A stretch of 63,724 nucleotides of DNA, counting the filler, from Candidatus Zapsychrus exili (GTDB taxonomy: Bacteria > Omnitrophota > Gorgyraeia > Zapsychrales > Zapsychraceae), in the NCBI GenBank assembly GCA_030765585.1. It is 5 parts of 5 records of this genome, joined end to end, with 100 filler letters (N's around TTAATTAATTAA, not from the genome) between each part and the next. Parts side by side here need not be neighbours in the genome. Positions count along the whole stretch, not along the records: positions 44,123 to 56,582 come from JAVCCJ010000127.1; positions 56,683 to 63,724 come from JAVCCJ010000087.1; 3 more parts are not named here. The stretch is one strand, 5' to 3'. Positions 49,199 through 59,788 of this stretch are shown in pieces; positions within the stretch are counted from its first letter, which is position 1; every line of letters begins with the position of its first letter. Under the pieces are notes generated by a model. It did not search any database and was not told where the DNA came from. It was given only the letters and a program-made list of their open reading frames with translations. Made by a program: the position numbers and the translations under genes.

Positions 49199-50368
49199 TT
49201 AGTAATTCTTCTTAATCCAATCAGAAATTCTTTTAATGCCAGTTTCGATTCTTTCAGCAGAAGTTGCAAAACTTAATCTAACAAATCCAGGAGCGCCAAA
49301 ACCTTCGCCTGGTATAATTGCAACATTTACATCATCTAAAATCTTCTTAGCAACATCAAAAGACTCTCCCAGTTTAGAAAAGTCACAAAATAAATAAAAA
49401 GCACCTTCTGGCTTTATATAACTAATTTCTTCAATTTTGTCAATACTTGCCATCATAAGATCGCGACGTTTATGAAATTTATCACGCATAGCAAGAATAC
49501 TTTCTTCAGGCTGTTGTAATGCAGCTAAGGCAGCCATTTGACTAATTGATGAAGGGTTTGAAGTTGAGTGATCTTGCAACTTCTTAACAAAGCCTATAAT
49601 TTCTTCAGATGCTCCAATGTATCCTATTCTCCAACCTGTCATTGAATAAGCCTTTGATACTCCATTTACAGTAACAGTAAGATCATAAATGCCTTTTCCT
49701 AAAGAAGCAATAGAAGTATATTTTTCATCTGTATACAAAAGTTTTTCATATATCTCGTCGCTAATTACATAAATATTGTTCTTAACGCAAACTTCAGCTA
49801 CATCTTCTAATTCTTTCTTAGAATAAAGCATACCTGTTGGATTAGACGGAGAATTGAGTATTAAAACTTTTGTTTTATCGCTTATATTTGCAACTAATTG
49901 TTCTGCAGTTAATTTAAATCCGGTAGAAGCCGTTGTATGAACAAACTTTGAAACTCCACCAGCTAATTTCACCATCTCTGGATAACTAACCCAATAAGGA
50001 GCAGGAATAATGACCTCATCCCCATCATCAACTAATACTTGAATAACTCCATAAATAGAATGTTTTGCCCCACAAGATACTGCAATTTGAGAAGGACTAT
50101 AATCTAAATCATTATCTTCTTTAAACTTAACAGATATTGCCTCTCTAAGTTTAGGCGAACCTATGCTAGGGGTATACTTTGTAAATCCGCTTTGTATTGC
50201 TTCAATAGCAGAAGCCTTAATAGAATCAGGTGTATCAAAATCAGGTTCACCTGCTGCAAAATTTACAACATCAGCTCCCTCAGCTTTTAAAGCTTTGGCT
50301 TTTGATGTAATAGCTAAAGTTGAAGAACTCAAAACCTCTTTTATTCTTCTGTTTACTATTAAGTCCAT
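49199..50368 (-). CDS. aspC: Aspartate aminotransferase (class I)
   Basis: AGEPDFDTP, PYWVSY, NSPSNPTG, SDEIY, SKAYSMTGWRIG. Confidence 0.88.
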   Translation of the reverse strand: MDLIVNRRIKEVLSSSTLAITSKAKALKAEGADVVNFAAGEPDFDTPDSIKASAIEAIQSGFTKYTPSIGSPKLREAISVKFKEDNDLDYSPSQIAVSCGAKHSIYGVIQVLVDDGDEVIIPAPYWVSYPEMVKLAGGVSKFVHTTASTGFKLTAEQLVANISDKTKVLILNSPSNPTGMLYSKKELEDVAEVCVKNNIYVISDEIYEKLLYTDEKYTSIASLGKGIYDLTVTVNGVSKAYSMTGWRIGYIGASEEIIGFVKKLQDHSTSNPSSISQMAALAALQQPEESILAMRDKFHKRRDLMMASIDKIEEISYIKPEGAFYLFCDFSKLGESFDVAKKILDDVNVAIIPGEGFGAPGFVRLSFATSAERIETGIKRISDWIKKNY

Positions 50369-50383
50369 AATTCTTAATACCTC

Positions 50384-50995
50384 CTATTTGTCGCCTGAAG
50401 ATTTTCTATTAAAGATTTTCTTAAAACTTGGAAATTTGCCAGATTTTGGTTTATCTCTTGGGACAGATGATGGCTTATCTTTATTTTTTGAGTCGTCCTT
50501 CTTGACCTCTTTAATCTCTTCTTGAGCATCTTCTGTTTCTTTAGGCTCGACCTTAGCCTTATCATCTGTTGTCTTTGAACTTTCTGGTTTTGTTGCAATA
50601 GCAGCCTTTTTCTTTTTTTTAGGAACTATAACAATTTCTTTTTTCTCAGTAAGCTCAAGATATACCATTTCAGCATTATCTCCTCTTCTATTAGCAAGGG
50701 GGATAATCCTTGTATATCCACCTTTTCTTGTCTGAAAACGAGGAGCTATTTCTGTAAATAGCTGACTAACTATTTTATGATCACATAGAATAGCAAAAGC
50801 TCTTCTTTTGTCTGCTAACGTACCTTTTTTACCTAAAGTAATAAGTTTATCGACTAGCTTTCTTGCTTCTTTAGCTTTTGCTTTTGTAGTAGATATTCTT
50901 TGCTTTATAATTGCTGCCTTAGCAATATCTCTTACAGTTGCTTTTCTATGACTTGTTTTTCTATTTAATGTATTACCTGCAATACGATGTCGCAT
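50384..50995 (-). CDS. rplQ: 50S ribosomal protein L17 with long C-terminal extension
   Basis: MRHR, TTKAKAKE, GGYTRI, RRGDNA. Confidence 0.96.
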   Translation of the reverse strand: MRHRIAGNTLNRKTSHRKATVRDIAKAAIIKQRISTTKAKAKEARKLVDKLITLGKKGTLADKRRAFAILCDHKIVSQLFTEIAPRFQTRKGGYTRIIPLANRRGDNAEMVYLELTEKKEIVIVPKKKKKAAIATKPESSKTTDDKAKVEPKETEDAQEEIKEVKKDDSKNKDKPSSVPRDKPKSGKFPSFKKIFNRKSSGDK

Positions 50996-50996
50996 T

Positions 50997-51983
50997 TTAG
51001 TCCTTTTTTCTTAATTTCTTAGCATCGACCTTCATTCCTAAATGAAGCCCCATAATCTTAAGAAGATCGTTTATTTCTGTTAAAGACTTCTTACCAAAAT
51101 TACGAAAAGTTAGAAGCTCTGATTCAGCTTTCTTAACAAGCTCTGCAATAGTCTTTATGTTAGCATCTTTAAGACAATTAGCACTTCTTACTGATAATTC
51201 TAATTCCGAAATAGGTAAACGTAATTTTTCATAAAGTGCCACCTCTTCAGAAGATATTTCTTCCTCTTCCTCTTCCTCTTCAGGAAGCTGCCCATAGCTT
51301 ACAAACACGTCTAAATGTCTTTGTAAAATATTAGCACCATAAAGAAGAGCTTCTTTTGGACTTATTCCGCCATTTGTCCAAATTTCTAAGATTAATTTAT
51401 CATAATCTGTTCTTTGACCAACACGTGTATTTTCAACGCTGAAGTTTGCTTTGACAATAGGCGTAAAAATAGAATCTACAGCAATAGAGTCTACAGCATC
51501 CTTTTTGTTTGCTTCTGCTGGTACATAGCCTCTTCCACGAGAAACTTCCATCTCAACATTCAACTTTGTATCTCTTGATAGAGTTGCGATATGTAATTCA
51601 GGGTTTAATATTTCTACAGTTTCATCACATATGATGTCAGCTGCTTTTATTACACCTTTTTTCTCTGCTCTAATATAAATTAGCTTTGGAACTTTAGAAT
51701 GTAATCTTATTACAAGCCTCTTTATATTTAAAGTCATATCTGCAACTGATTCAACAACTCCTGGGATTGTTGAGAATTCGTGACGAGCGCCATCAACTTT
51801 CATTGATGTAACCGCACTTCCCTCTATAGAAGAAAGCAGAATCCGTCTTAACGAGTTGCCTAATGTAACACCGTAACCTCTTTCAAAAGGCTCTGCAATA
51901 AACTTACCATACGTATCCGTATAAGTACTTTCATCACAATCTAATCTTTTAGGCATTTGAAAATCGCGCCATTTAACACCCAT
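50997..51983 (-). CDS. rpoA: RNA polymerase alpha subunit
   Basis: EPFERGYGVTLGNSLRRILLSS, RVGQRTDYDKL, ELSVRSANCL, NFGKKSL. Confidence 0.98.
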   Translation of the reverse strand: MGVKWRDFQMPKRLDCDESTYTDTYGKFIAEPFERGYGVTLGNSLRRILLSSIEGSAVTSMKVDGARHEFSTIPGVVESVADMTLNIKRLVIRLHSKVPKLIYIRAEKKGVIKAADIICDETVEILNPELHIATLSRDTKLNVEMEVSRGRGYVPAEANKKDAVDSIAVDSIFTPIVKANFSVENTRVGQRTDYDKLILEIWTNGGISPKEALLYGANILQRHLDVFVSYGQLPEEEEEEEEISSEEVALYEKLRLPISELELSVRSANCLKDANIKTIAELVKKAESELLTFRNFGKKSLTEINDLLKIMGLHLGMKVDAKKLRKKD

Positions 51984-52056
51984 ATTCTTCCTCCTTAAAT
52001 GAGTTTAAAATTTACAAAAACAAAAGCTAATGTAAAAACACAAATTAATTCTAAAT

Positions 52057-52686
52057 TTATCTTGAATAAAGCTCTACTATCAACTGTTCATTAACTGGGA
52101 AGTTAATATCTTCTCTCTCAGGTAATCTTTTTACTTTAGCCTTATATTGACTCGAATCAGCTTCCAACCAACTCGGAACTTCTCTTTCTTGAGTTATTTC
52201 AAGATTACTCTTAAATAGCTCTTGACCTTTAGTTCCTATCTTAACCATTATCTGATCATCCTTATCAACTAAGAACGACGATATGTTTACTTTTTTATCA
52301 TTTACACAAATATATCCATGGCCAACAATTTGTCTTGCTTGCCTTCTAGAAATTGCAAATCCAAGTTGAAAAATAACATTGTCTAATCTTCTTTCTAAGA
52401 ATTGCAAAAGAATACTACCTGTGATTCCTGGTCTAGATGCAGCTTTATGAAAATAATTTCTAAATTGTTTTTCATAAAGACCATAAATTCTTTTAACTTT
52501 TTGTTTTTCACGTAACTGCAGACCGTAGTTAGACATTTTAACTCTTCTTAACTTTGCTCCCTCTCCAGGAGCATAAGGCCTTCTATCAAAAGCGCAACGA
52601 TGTGTATTACATCTCGTACCTTTCAAGAAAAGTTTTTCTCCTTCTCTTCTACATAACCTACAGCTTGAACCAGTATATTTACCCAT
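52057..52686 (-). CDS. rpsD: 30S ribosomal protein S4
   Basis: CRLCRREG, QLREKQK, LERRLDN, IVELYSR. Confidence 0.97.
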   Translation of the reverse strand: MGKYTGSSCRLCRREGEKLFLKGTRCNTHRCAFDRRPYAPGEGAKLRRVKMSNYGLQLREKQKVKRIYGLYEKQFRNYFHKAASRPGITGSILLQFLERRLDNVIFQLGFAISRRQARQIVGHGYICVNDKKVNISSFLVDKDDQIMVKIGTKGQELFKSNLEITQEREVPSWLEADSSQYKAKVKRLPEREDINFPVNEQLIVELYSR

Positions 52687-52703
52687 GAATTCCCCTTATT
52701 AAA

Positions 52704-53105
52704 TTAAACACGTCTTTTCTTCCTTGGCCTACAACCATTATGAGGCAAAGGAGTAACATCTTTTATAGACGTAATTATCAAACCGTTTGCTTGTATAGAT
52801 CTAATAGCAGATTCTCTTCCTGAACCTGGACCATCAACAAGCACATCAACAGTTTTCAAACCTAAGTCTTTCGCCTTCTTTGCAGCATCTGTAGCTGATA
52901 TTTGAGCTGCGAAAGGTGTAGATTTTTTAGAACCATTAAATCCAACAACACCTGGAGTTGACCACACAATCACATTTCCTTGTTTATCAGTTATAGTAAT
53001 TATTGTGTTATTAAAAGATGCCTTAATATGCACAACACCTGTAGTTACCCCTTTTAGTGCTCTTTTTTTAGCTTTTTCTTTCTTTTTGACTGAAACTTTA
53101 GCCAT
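52704..53105 (-). CDS. rpsK: 30S ribosomal protein S11
   Basis: [29 protein letters not shown]. Confidence 0.97.
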   Translation of the reverse strand: MAKVSVKKKEKAKKRALKGVTTGVVHIKASFNNTIITITDKQGNVIVWSTPGVVGFNGSKKSTPFAAQISATDAAKKAKDLGLKTVDVLVDGPGSGRESAIRSIQANGLIITSIKDVTPLPHNGCRPRKKRRV

Positions 53106-53190
53106 TAATCAATCCTTTTCTTTGTTCTTTTTATATATTTTTATTAAAAAAGAATAAAATCCCATCTAAATACTGTTTAAATTTAAAATA

Positions 53191-53565
53191 TTACTTCTTC
53201 TTCATCTTGCCACCAACAGATGACTTGCGCCCTTTTCGTGTACGAGCGTTAGTTTTCGTTCTCTGTCCTCTTGTTGGCAAACCTCTTCTATGTCTTAATC
53301 CTCGGTATGTTCCAATATCAATAAGCCTTCTAACATTTTGACCCACTTCTCTTCTAAGATCACCCTCTGTAATGTAATTATTTTGTATAATATTTACTAT
53401 TTTCGCAACTTCATCATCAGAAAGTTCTTTGGCACGACGTTCACCATCAATATTCGCTTCTTTTAATATCTGCGCCGATCTATGTGGTCCTACTCCATAA
53501 ATATATCTAAGCGATGCTAGGATCTTTTTTTCTTTTGGTATATCAACACCTAAAATTCTTGGCAT
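53191..53565 (-). CDS. rpsM: 30S ribosomal protein S13
   Basis: RILGVDIP, IYGVG, EGDLRR, RGQRTKTNARTRKG. Confidence 0.97.
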   Translation of the reverse strand: MPRILGVDIPKEKKILASLRYIYGVGPHRSAQILKEANIDGERRAKELSDDEVAKIVNIIQNNYITEGDLRREVGQNVRRLIDIGTYRGLRHRRGLPTRGQRTKTNARTRKGRKSSVGGKMKKK

Positions 53566-53570
53566 ACTTC

Positions 53571-53684
53571 TTATCCTTGTCTTTGTTTATGTTTTGGGTT
53601 AGAACAAATAACTCTTACGACACCTTTGCGTCGTACTATTTTACAATTACTACAAATTCTTTTAACTGACGATTTAACTTTCAT
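53571..53684 (-). CDS. rpmJ: 50S ribosomal protein L36
   Basis: Hand translation [37 protein letters not shown]; between infA and rpsM; below ORF-track cutoff. Confidence 0.96.
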   Translation of the reverse strand: MKVKSSVKRICSNCKIVRRKGVVRVICSNPKHKQRQG

Positions 53685-53685
53685 A

Positions 53686-53904
53686 TTATTTTACCCTATA
53701 AGTAATTCTCCCCTTAGATAAATCATAAGGAGAAAGCTCTAATTTAACTTTGTCTCCAGGTAAGATTCTAATAAAATGCATTCTAATCTTTCCTGATATA
53801 TGAGCTAAAATGATATGACCGTTTTCTAGCTCTACCCTAAATCTTGCATTGGGCAATGCTTCCTTTATTACTCCTTCTACTTCTATTAAATCTTCTTTTA
53901 CCAT
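53686..53904 (-). CDS. infA: Translation initiation factor IF-1
   Basis: EALPNA, LENGH, SGKIR, SPYDL.KGRI. Confidence 0.97.
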   Translation of the reverse strand: MVKEDLIEVEGVIKEALPNARFRVELENGHIILAHISGKIRMHFIRILPGDKVKLELSPYDLSKGRITYRVK

Positions 53905-53908
53905 ATTA

Positions 53909-54667
53909 TTATTTCGTTAAAATCAACGGTCCATTTTTTAAAATAGCTATTGTGTGCTCAAAATGAGCTGATGGTTTTCTATCTTTTGTTACTACCGTCC
54001 AACCATCATCTAAAATATCTGTTTTCCAACTTCCAACATTAACCATAGGCTCAATCGCGAAAATCATTCCTTCTTCCAACACCGGACCCTCTCCAGGATT
54101 ACCAAAATTTGGAATTTCTGGATCTTCATGTAAATTCTTACCAATTCCATGCCCAACAAATTCACGAACGACAGAAAAACTATTAGACTCAACATGACTT
54201 TGAATGGCATTAGAAATATCAGTTAAGTGGTTTCCCACTTTTGCTTTTTTTATACCTTGATAAAGAGATTGCTCAGTTGTCTTTATAAGCTTCTTTAATT
54301 CGGAACTTATCCTACCTACGCCTGTTGTAAACGCCGTATCAGAATAATAACCCTCGTAAATAAGTCCAGCATCAATACTTATAATATCACCATCATTTAA
54401 GATTCTGTTGCTAGGAATTCCATGAACAACTTCTTCATTAATTGAGGTACAAACGCAACCAGGGAATCCTCGATACCCTTTAAATGCCGGTTTAGCTCCG
54501 TATTCATTTATTAGCTTTTCAGCTAAAGTATCAATATCCTTTGTCGTCATTCCAGATGTTAAAGAACGTTTTAAACCTTTAATAACACGCGATAAAATCT
54601 TGCCAGCTTTTTGAAGAATAACAATCTCTTCTTTTGTTTTTATACCAATCTTAAATTGTCTGCTCAT
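53909..54667 (-). CDS. map: Methionine aminopeptidase
   Basis: [32 protein letters not shown]. Confidence 0.96.
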   Translation of the reverse strand: MSRQFKIGIKTKEEIVILQKAGKILSRVIKGLKRSLTSGMTTKDIDTLAEKLINEYGAKPAFKGYRGFPGCVCTSINEEVVHGIPSNRILNDGDIISIDAGLIYEGYYSDTAFTTGVGRISSELKKLIKTTEQSLYQGIKKAKVGNHLTDISNAIQSHVESNSFSVVREFVGHGIGKNLHEDPEIPNFGNPGEGPVLEEGMIFAIEPMVNVGSWKTDILDDGWTVVTKDRKPSAHFEHTIAILKNGPLILTK

Positions 54668-55307
54668 TAACTATTTTTAAAGCATCGCTTTTAACTTCAA
54701 AAGAGGAGTTATCAGCATTGATTGTTTTAAGTCTGCCGTTAGATTTATAATACTCAATAACAGGTGCTGTGCTTTGCGAGTAAACATTCATACGATTCTT
54801 AATAGTCTCTTCGTTATCATCAGATCTTTGGTATAGCTCGCCTTGACAAAAATCACAAATCTTTTCAGTCTTTGATGGCTTATTTGTCATATGATAAATA
54901 GCCCCGCAACTTTTACAAACACGTCTTCCAGTAAGTCTTTCTATTACAATCTCTAATGACGCCTCTAAACATAAAACATGATCAACCGACTTATCCAATT
55001 CCTCTAAAATCTCATCTAAATCTTCAGCTTGCTTTTGAGTTCGTGGAAAACCATCCATCAAAAACCCTTTATCAGTGTCCTTGTCATTAACAAGCTTATT
55101 TTTTATTAACTTAATAACAAGCTCATCTGGAACAAGTCCACCGCTTTCAACAAACTGCTTAGCTTCAGTTCCAAGCTCTGTTTCATCCTTCATTTCTTTA
55201 CGAAGAATATCACCCGTAGAAATATGCACCAAGCCAAGATCGTCTCTTAATCCTTCAGCTAAAGTTCCTTTTCCTGCTCCAGGAGGTCCTAATAAAACTA
55301 ATTTCAT
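54651..55307 (-). CDS. adk: Adenylate kinase (Zn-lid type)
   Basis: GPPGAGKGT, ISTGDILR, DGFPRT, CKSC...CDFC lid. Confidence 0.97.
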   Translation of the reverse strand: MKLVLLGPPGAGKGTLAEGLRDDLGLVHISTGDILRKEMKDETELGTEAKQFVESGGLVPDELVIKLIKNKLVNDKDTDKGFLMDGFPRTQKQAEDLDEILEELDKSVDHVLCLEASLEIVIERLTGRRVCKSCGAIYHMTNKPSKTEKICDFCQGELYQRSDDNEETIKNRMNVYSQSTAPVIEYYKSNGRLKTINADNSSFEVKSDALKIVNEQTI

Positions 55308-56582
55308 CTTCTTCCCTTTATTGACCCTGATTTCATAAAACCATCATAATGACGCATAACAAGATGAGATTCGATTTGTTTCATAGTGTCTAACATAACT
55401 CCGACAGTAATAAGCACTCCTGTTCCTCCAAAGAACGATGCAACTAAATATGGAACTTTAAAAGATGCCATAATTGCATCTGGCATAATAGCTATGACAC
55501 AAATAAATATAGCGCCTGTCAAAGTAATACGAGTCATAACAAAATCAAGATAATCCGCTGTTTGCGTTCCTGGCCTTACACCTGGAATAAACCCGCCATG
55601 CTTTTTCATATTTTCAGCAACATCTACAGGATTAAAAACTATTGCTGTATAAAAATAGCAGAAAAATATAATTAAAAACCCGTATATTGTGTAATAAAGA
55701 GGATTTCCTCTTTGTATCATTCCTGCAATATTTTGAAAACCCTGATTAGGAATAAAGCTAGCTAATGTCGCAGGAAACAAAATAATTGATTGCGCAAAAA
55801 TAATTGCAATAACACCTGCAGTATCAACTTTAAGCGGAATATAAGTACTTTGTCCTCCGTAAACTCTTCTTCCAACAATACGCCTTGCATATTGAACTGG
55901 TATTTTTCTTTGAGCCTGCGTTATAAGAGTAATTGAGATAATAACACCGACTAAAAAGAAAATCATAATCACAAGCGTCAAAGGCTGAAGCTGCTGTGCA
56001 CCTGTTGCGTTTGGAGATAATAACATAACAAGAGTTCTAAGAGCTGAAGGTGCAGCTGAAATAATACCAGCTGTAATTATCAAAGAAATTCCGTTACCAA
56101 TACCCTTTTCCTGAATTTGCTCGCCTAGCCACATTAACAGCAATGTTCCACTTGATAATGTAAAAACTGTGACTAGTCTAAAACCCCATCCAGGATCATT
56201 GACTATTTGATATCCTTTAATTCCTTGTTCAAGCCAAAGAGCAATAAAAAACGACTGAACAACAGCTAAAGCAAGCGTTCCATAACGAGTATACTGATTA
56301 ATCTTATGATAACCTGCTTGCCCTTCTTTAGAAAGTTTCTCTAAAGCTGGTATAACTGCTGTTAAAAGCTGCATAATAATGGAACTTGAAATATAAGGCA
56401 TGATACCTAAAGCAAATACCGTTAATTTCTTTAAAGCTCCACCAGAAAACATATTCATAACTCCGAATATACTTCCAGTTGCTGAATTATTCATTTGTTG
56501 AAAAAATTCTGCTAATACAGCTCCGTTAACTCCAGGAGTAGGAATATAACATCCTATTCTGTATGCAGCAATAATACCTAAA
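55304..56582 (-). CDS. secY: Preprotein translocase SecY (5' truncated)
   Basis: YRIG.YIPTPG upstream of ORF-track start, FALGIMPYI, GIGNGIS, FIPGVRPG. Confidence 0.97.
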
Positions 56583-56682
56583 NNNNNNNNNNNNNNNNNN
56601 NNNNNNNNNNNNNNNNNNNNNNNNNNTTAATTAATTAANNNNNNNNNNNNNNNNNNNNNNNNNNNNNNNNNNNNNNNNNNNN
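56583..56682. other. Artificial contig spacer
   Basis: N44-TTAATTAATTAA-N44. Confidence 0.97.
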
Positions 56683-56746
56683 AACTCCCAAGGATTGCTC
56701 CACTAGTTCCTAAGACTAGCGCGTCTACCAATTTCGCCATCCGCCC
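56683..56746 (-). tRNA. tRNA-Leu(UAG), 3' end cut by contig edge
   Basis: GGGCGGATGGCGAAATTGGTAGACGCG CTAGT-CTTAGGA-ACTAG, long variable arm, GGGAGTT... Confidence 0.9.
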
Positions 56747-56796
56747 GAAAAACAGATCTAAGGAGTAAAACTACGTCTTGCGCCTTAAACCTTAAA

Positions 56797-56872
56797 TGGT
56801 GGGTCACCCGCGACTCGAACGCGGCACACCAGCCTTAAAAGGGCTGTGCTCTACCAGATGAGCTAGTGACCC
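56797..56872 (-). tRNA. tRNA-Lys(UUU), CCA encoded
   Basis: GGGTCAC TAGCTCATCTGGTAGAGCA CAGCC-CTTTTAA-GGCTG ... CCGCGTTCGAGTCGCGG GTGACCC ACCA. Confidence 0.95.
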
Positions 56873-56934
56873 AAAAAAATCAAAGAACATATATATAACA
56901 AAAAATCTATTATTTACAAAAACTTATGAAACTT

Positions 56935-57495
56935 CTACTGGTTCATCAAAATCTTGCTTTTTTCTTCTAAAAGAACATCTATTTCTTTTATATAATTATC
57001 AATTAATTTCTGAACATCAGCATGACATTTGCGCCCATCATCTTCACCAATAGCCTTATCTGTCTCAAGCTTTTTTATTTTATCATTAGCATCTCTTCTT
57101 ATCGTTCTTAATGAAATACGTGCATGCTCAGCCATATCCTTTACAACCTTTTTCATCTCTGATCTTCTCTCTTCTGACAATTGAGGAATATTGATTTTTA
57201 CCATCTTGCCATCACTCGAAGGATTAACGCCTAAACTAGATTTCATAATAGCTTTCTCAATTTCAGGTATAACGCTTACATCCCAAGGCTGAATAAAAAT
57301 AGTACGTGGATCTGGAATAGATATAGAAGCTAAAGATTTAACCAATGTAAGTGTTCCAAAATAATCAACATGCAGGCCCTCTATCAATCCTGGGTGTGCG
57401 CGTCCAGTGCGAACTTCAGAAAATTCTCTCTTAGTTGATTCAATGGACTTCTTCATTTTATTTTCGGTTTCTTTCAACAATTCTTTTAAAGCCAT
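56935..57495 (-). CDS. frr: Ribosome recycling factor
   Basis: VRTGRA, DYFG, QPWD, PQLSEERR, IRRDAN. Confidence 0.96.
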   Translation of the reverse strand: MALKELLKETENKMKKSIESTKREFSEVRTGRAHPGLIEGLHVDYFGTLTLVKSLASISIPDPRTIFIQPWDVSVIPEIEKAIMKSSLGVNPSSDGKMVKINIPQLSEERRSEMKKVVKDMAEHARISLRTIRRDANDKIKKLETDKAIGEDDGRKCHADVQKLIDNYIKEIDVLLEEKSKILMNQ

Positions 57496-57506
57496 TTTAT
57501 CACCCC

Positions 57507-58235
57507 TTATTGAACGGTTGTCCCAATTTTTTCGCCTAATACTGCCTTTTTTATATTACCTTTTTTAAGCAAATTAAAAACAACTATTGGAAGATCATTA
57601 TCCATACACATACTTATAGCTGTTGAATCCATAACCTTCAGATTCTTTTTTAAAACATCAATAAACTTTAAGCTTTGAAATTTCTTAGCCTTTTTATTCT
57701 TAACAGGATCTGAAGAATAAACGCCGTCTACTTTTGTTGCTTTTAAAATTACATCGGCATTAATCTCTTTTGCTCTTAATGCAGCTGCTGTGTCTGTTGT
57801 AAAATATGGATTCCCAGTACCTGCGACAAAAATAATAACTCTATTTTTCTCTAAATGTCGTATTGCACGTCTTCTAATGTATTTCTCTGCTATTGATGAA
57901 ATATCAAGAGCCGTCATAACTCTTGACTGCACACCAACATGCTCTAAAGCATTTTGAAGAGCAAGACCATTTAATACGGTCGCAAGCATTCCCATATAAT
58001 CTGCAACAGAACGCTCTAAATCAAAACGTTTTGATTCGACCTGGCCTCTAAAAATATTTCCACCACCAACAACTAAAGCTACTTTAACACCTAAAGCTCG
58101 AACCTCTTTTACCTGTTTAGCAATAGAAATACACATCTCGGCATCAATACCATGATCTTGACTACCAAGTAAAGCCTCTCCGCTAAGCTTAAGCAAAACT
58201 GTCTTATAAATTGATTTTTTCTTACTCAATTTCAT
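57507..58235 (-). CDS. pyrH: UMP kinase
   Basis: [35 protein letters not shown]. Confidence 0.97.
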   Translation of the reverse strand: MKLSKKKSIYKTVLLKLSGEALLGSQDHGIDAEMCISIAKQVKEVRALGVKVALVVGGGNIFRGQVESKRFDLERSVADYMGMLATVLNGLALQNALEHVGVQSRVMTALDISSIAEKYIRRRAIRHLEKNRVIIFVAGTGNPYFTTDTAAALRAKEINADVILKATKVDGVYSSDPVKNKKAKKFQSLKFIDVLKKNLKVMDSTAISMCMDNDLPIVVFNLLKKGNIKKAVLGEKIGTTVQ

Positions 58236-58752
58236 TTACCTTGTATCTAGAAAAGCGACCAATAAGAAGATTTTCACCAATACTTGCAATTAAAGAATTT
58301 AAACATTCCTGAATTGTTTTCTTAGGATCTTTTACAAAAGGTTGCTCTAGTAGACAGTTATCTTTTGCAAATGCATCTGCGTTCTCTGCTTCTTTTAAAA
58401 TATCTTTAGGAACATCTTCTCTTTTTATATATTTAGGATTCATTGCTGCAATATGCATTGCAACATCCTTTGTAAACTTAATAAAATCTTCATTCTTAGC
58501 AACAAAATCTGTCTCACAATTAACTTCTAGCAAAACGCCTATTTTATTACCTAAATGAACATATGCCTCCACTCTACCTTCTTTTGCCAGACGACTTCCT
58601 TTTTTAGCAGCCATCTCTAAACCTCTTTTTTGCAAAACTTCTTTTGCTTTATTAAAATCTCCTCCAGCCTCTTCAAGTGCTTTCTTGCACTCAATTACGC
58701 CACAAGATGTCATCTCTCTTAACTCTTTTATATTATCAACTGAAATTGCCAT
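58222..58752 (-). CDS. tsf: Elongation factor Ts (short form)
   Basis: [38 protein letters not shown]. Confidence 0.96.
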   Translation of the reverse strand: MAISVDNIKELREMTSCGVIECKKALEEAGGDFNKAKEVLQKRGLEMAAKKGSRLAKEGRVEAYVHLGNKIGVLLEVNCETDFVAKNEDFIKFTKDVAMHIAAMNPKYIKREDVPKDILKEAENADAFAKDNCLLEQPFVKDPKKTIQECLNSLIASIGENLLIGRFSRYKVNEIE

Positions 58753-58781
58753 CGAAAAACTCTCTCTTTCTTTTTTATAAA

Positions 58782-59582
58782 TTATTTCTTATTTGCTTCA
58801 GCCTTTGCTGTTTCTGCTGCAACAGGTTCTTTTTCGGAAGAATCCTTTGCTTTATCTTTAGCTGGTTTCTGTTTCTTTTTAACAGCCTCATTATTTAAAA
58901 ACTCTTTTCTTCCCTCACAAATACTTTCAGAAATCAAAGATGTAACAATTTTAACAGATTTTAATGCATCATCATTTCCCGGAATAGGATAATCTATGTC
59001 ATCAGGATCACAGTTTGTATCAATAATTGCAACGATTGGTATGTTAAGCTTTTTTGCTTCTTTTACAGCAATAGTTTCTTTTTTAGGGTCAACAATAAAG
59101 ACTACCTCTGGCATCTCTACCATATCTCTAATACCACCAAGATCGCGAAGCAATTTATCTTTTGTTTTAGTCAGACTTGCAATCTCTTTTTTCTTTAAAT
59201 TTTCCCAAATGCCATTTTCATGCATTTGTTCAATTTCATGTAGCTTATCTATAGACTTTCTTACAGTTTGAAAATTTGTTAAAAGCCCGCCTAACCAACG
59301 ATTATTCACATAAAACATATCAGATTTTTTGGCTTCTTCGTCCACTATCATCTGAGCTTGTTTTTTTGTTCCAACAAATAAAACCCTACCACCTTTTAAA
59401 GCAACATCTTTTATAAAATCTCTTGCTTTATTAAGACACTCTACTGTCTTTTCCAAATCAATAATGTAAATCCCACTTCTTTGCCCAAAAATAAATTTCT
59501 TCATTTTTGGATTCCAACGTCTTGTTTGATGTCCAAAATGAACACCCGCTTCTAATAACTGCTTTATTAAGTCTTCTACCAT
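58782..59582 (-). CDS. rpsB: 30S ribosomal protein S2
   Basis: [36 protein letters not shown]. Confidence 0.97.
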   Translation of the reverse strand: MVEDLIKQLLEAGVHFGHQTRRWNPKMKKFIFGQRSGIYIIDLEKTVECLNKARDFIKDVALKGGRVLFVGTKKQAQMIVDEEAKKSDMFYVNNRWLGGLLTNFQTVRKSIDKLHEIEQMHENGIWENLKKKEIASLTKTKDKLLRDLGGIRDMVEMPEVVFIVDPKKETIAVKEAKKLNIPIVAIIDTNCDPDDIDYPIPGNDDALKSVKIVTSLISESICEGRKEFLNNEAVKKKQKPAKDKAKDSSEKEPVAAETAKAEANKK

Positions 59583-59788
59583 TTTTTTACTTTCCTCTCG
59601 ATTGTTTAATAATCCTATCTATTTTAGCCTTTTTTCTAATATTTTATTAGTTTTTCAACGCCTTTAAAGACGCAAGGTTCAAAGATGTCAGATTATTATA
59701 AAATTAATAATGTAATAAAATTGATGTAGTATATCTAATTATCTTTTACTTTGCAACTATTAATTTAAAATAACAAAAATTGCTTATT

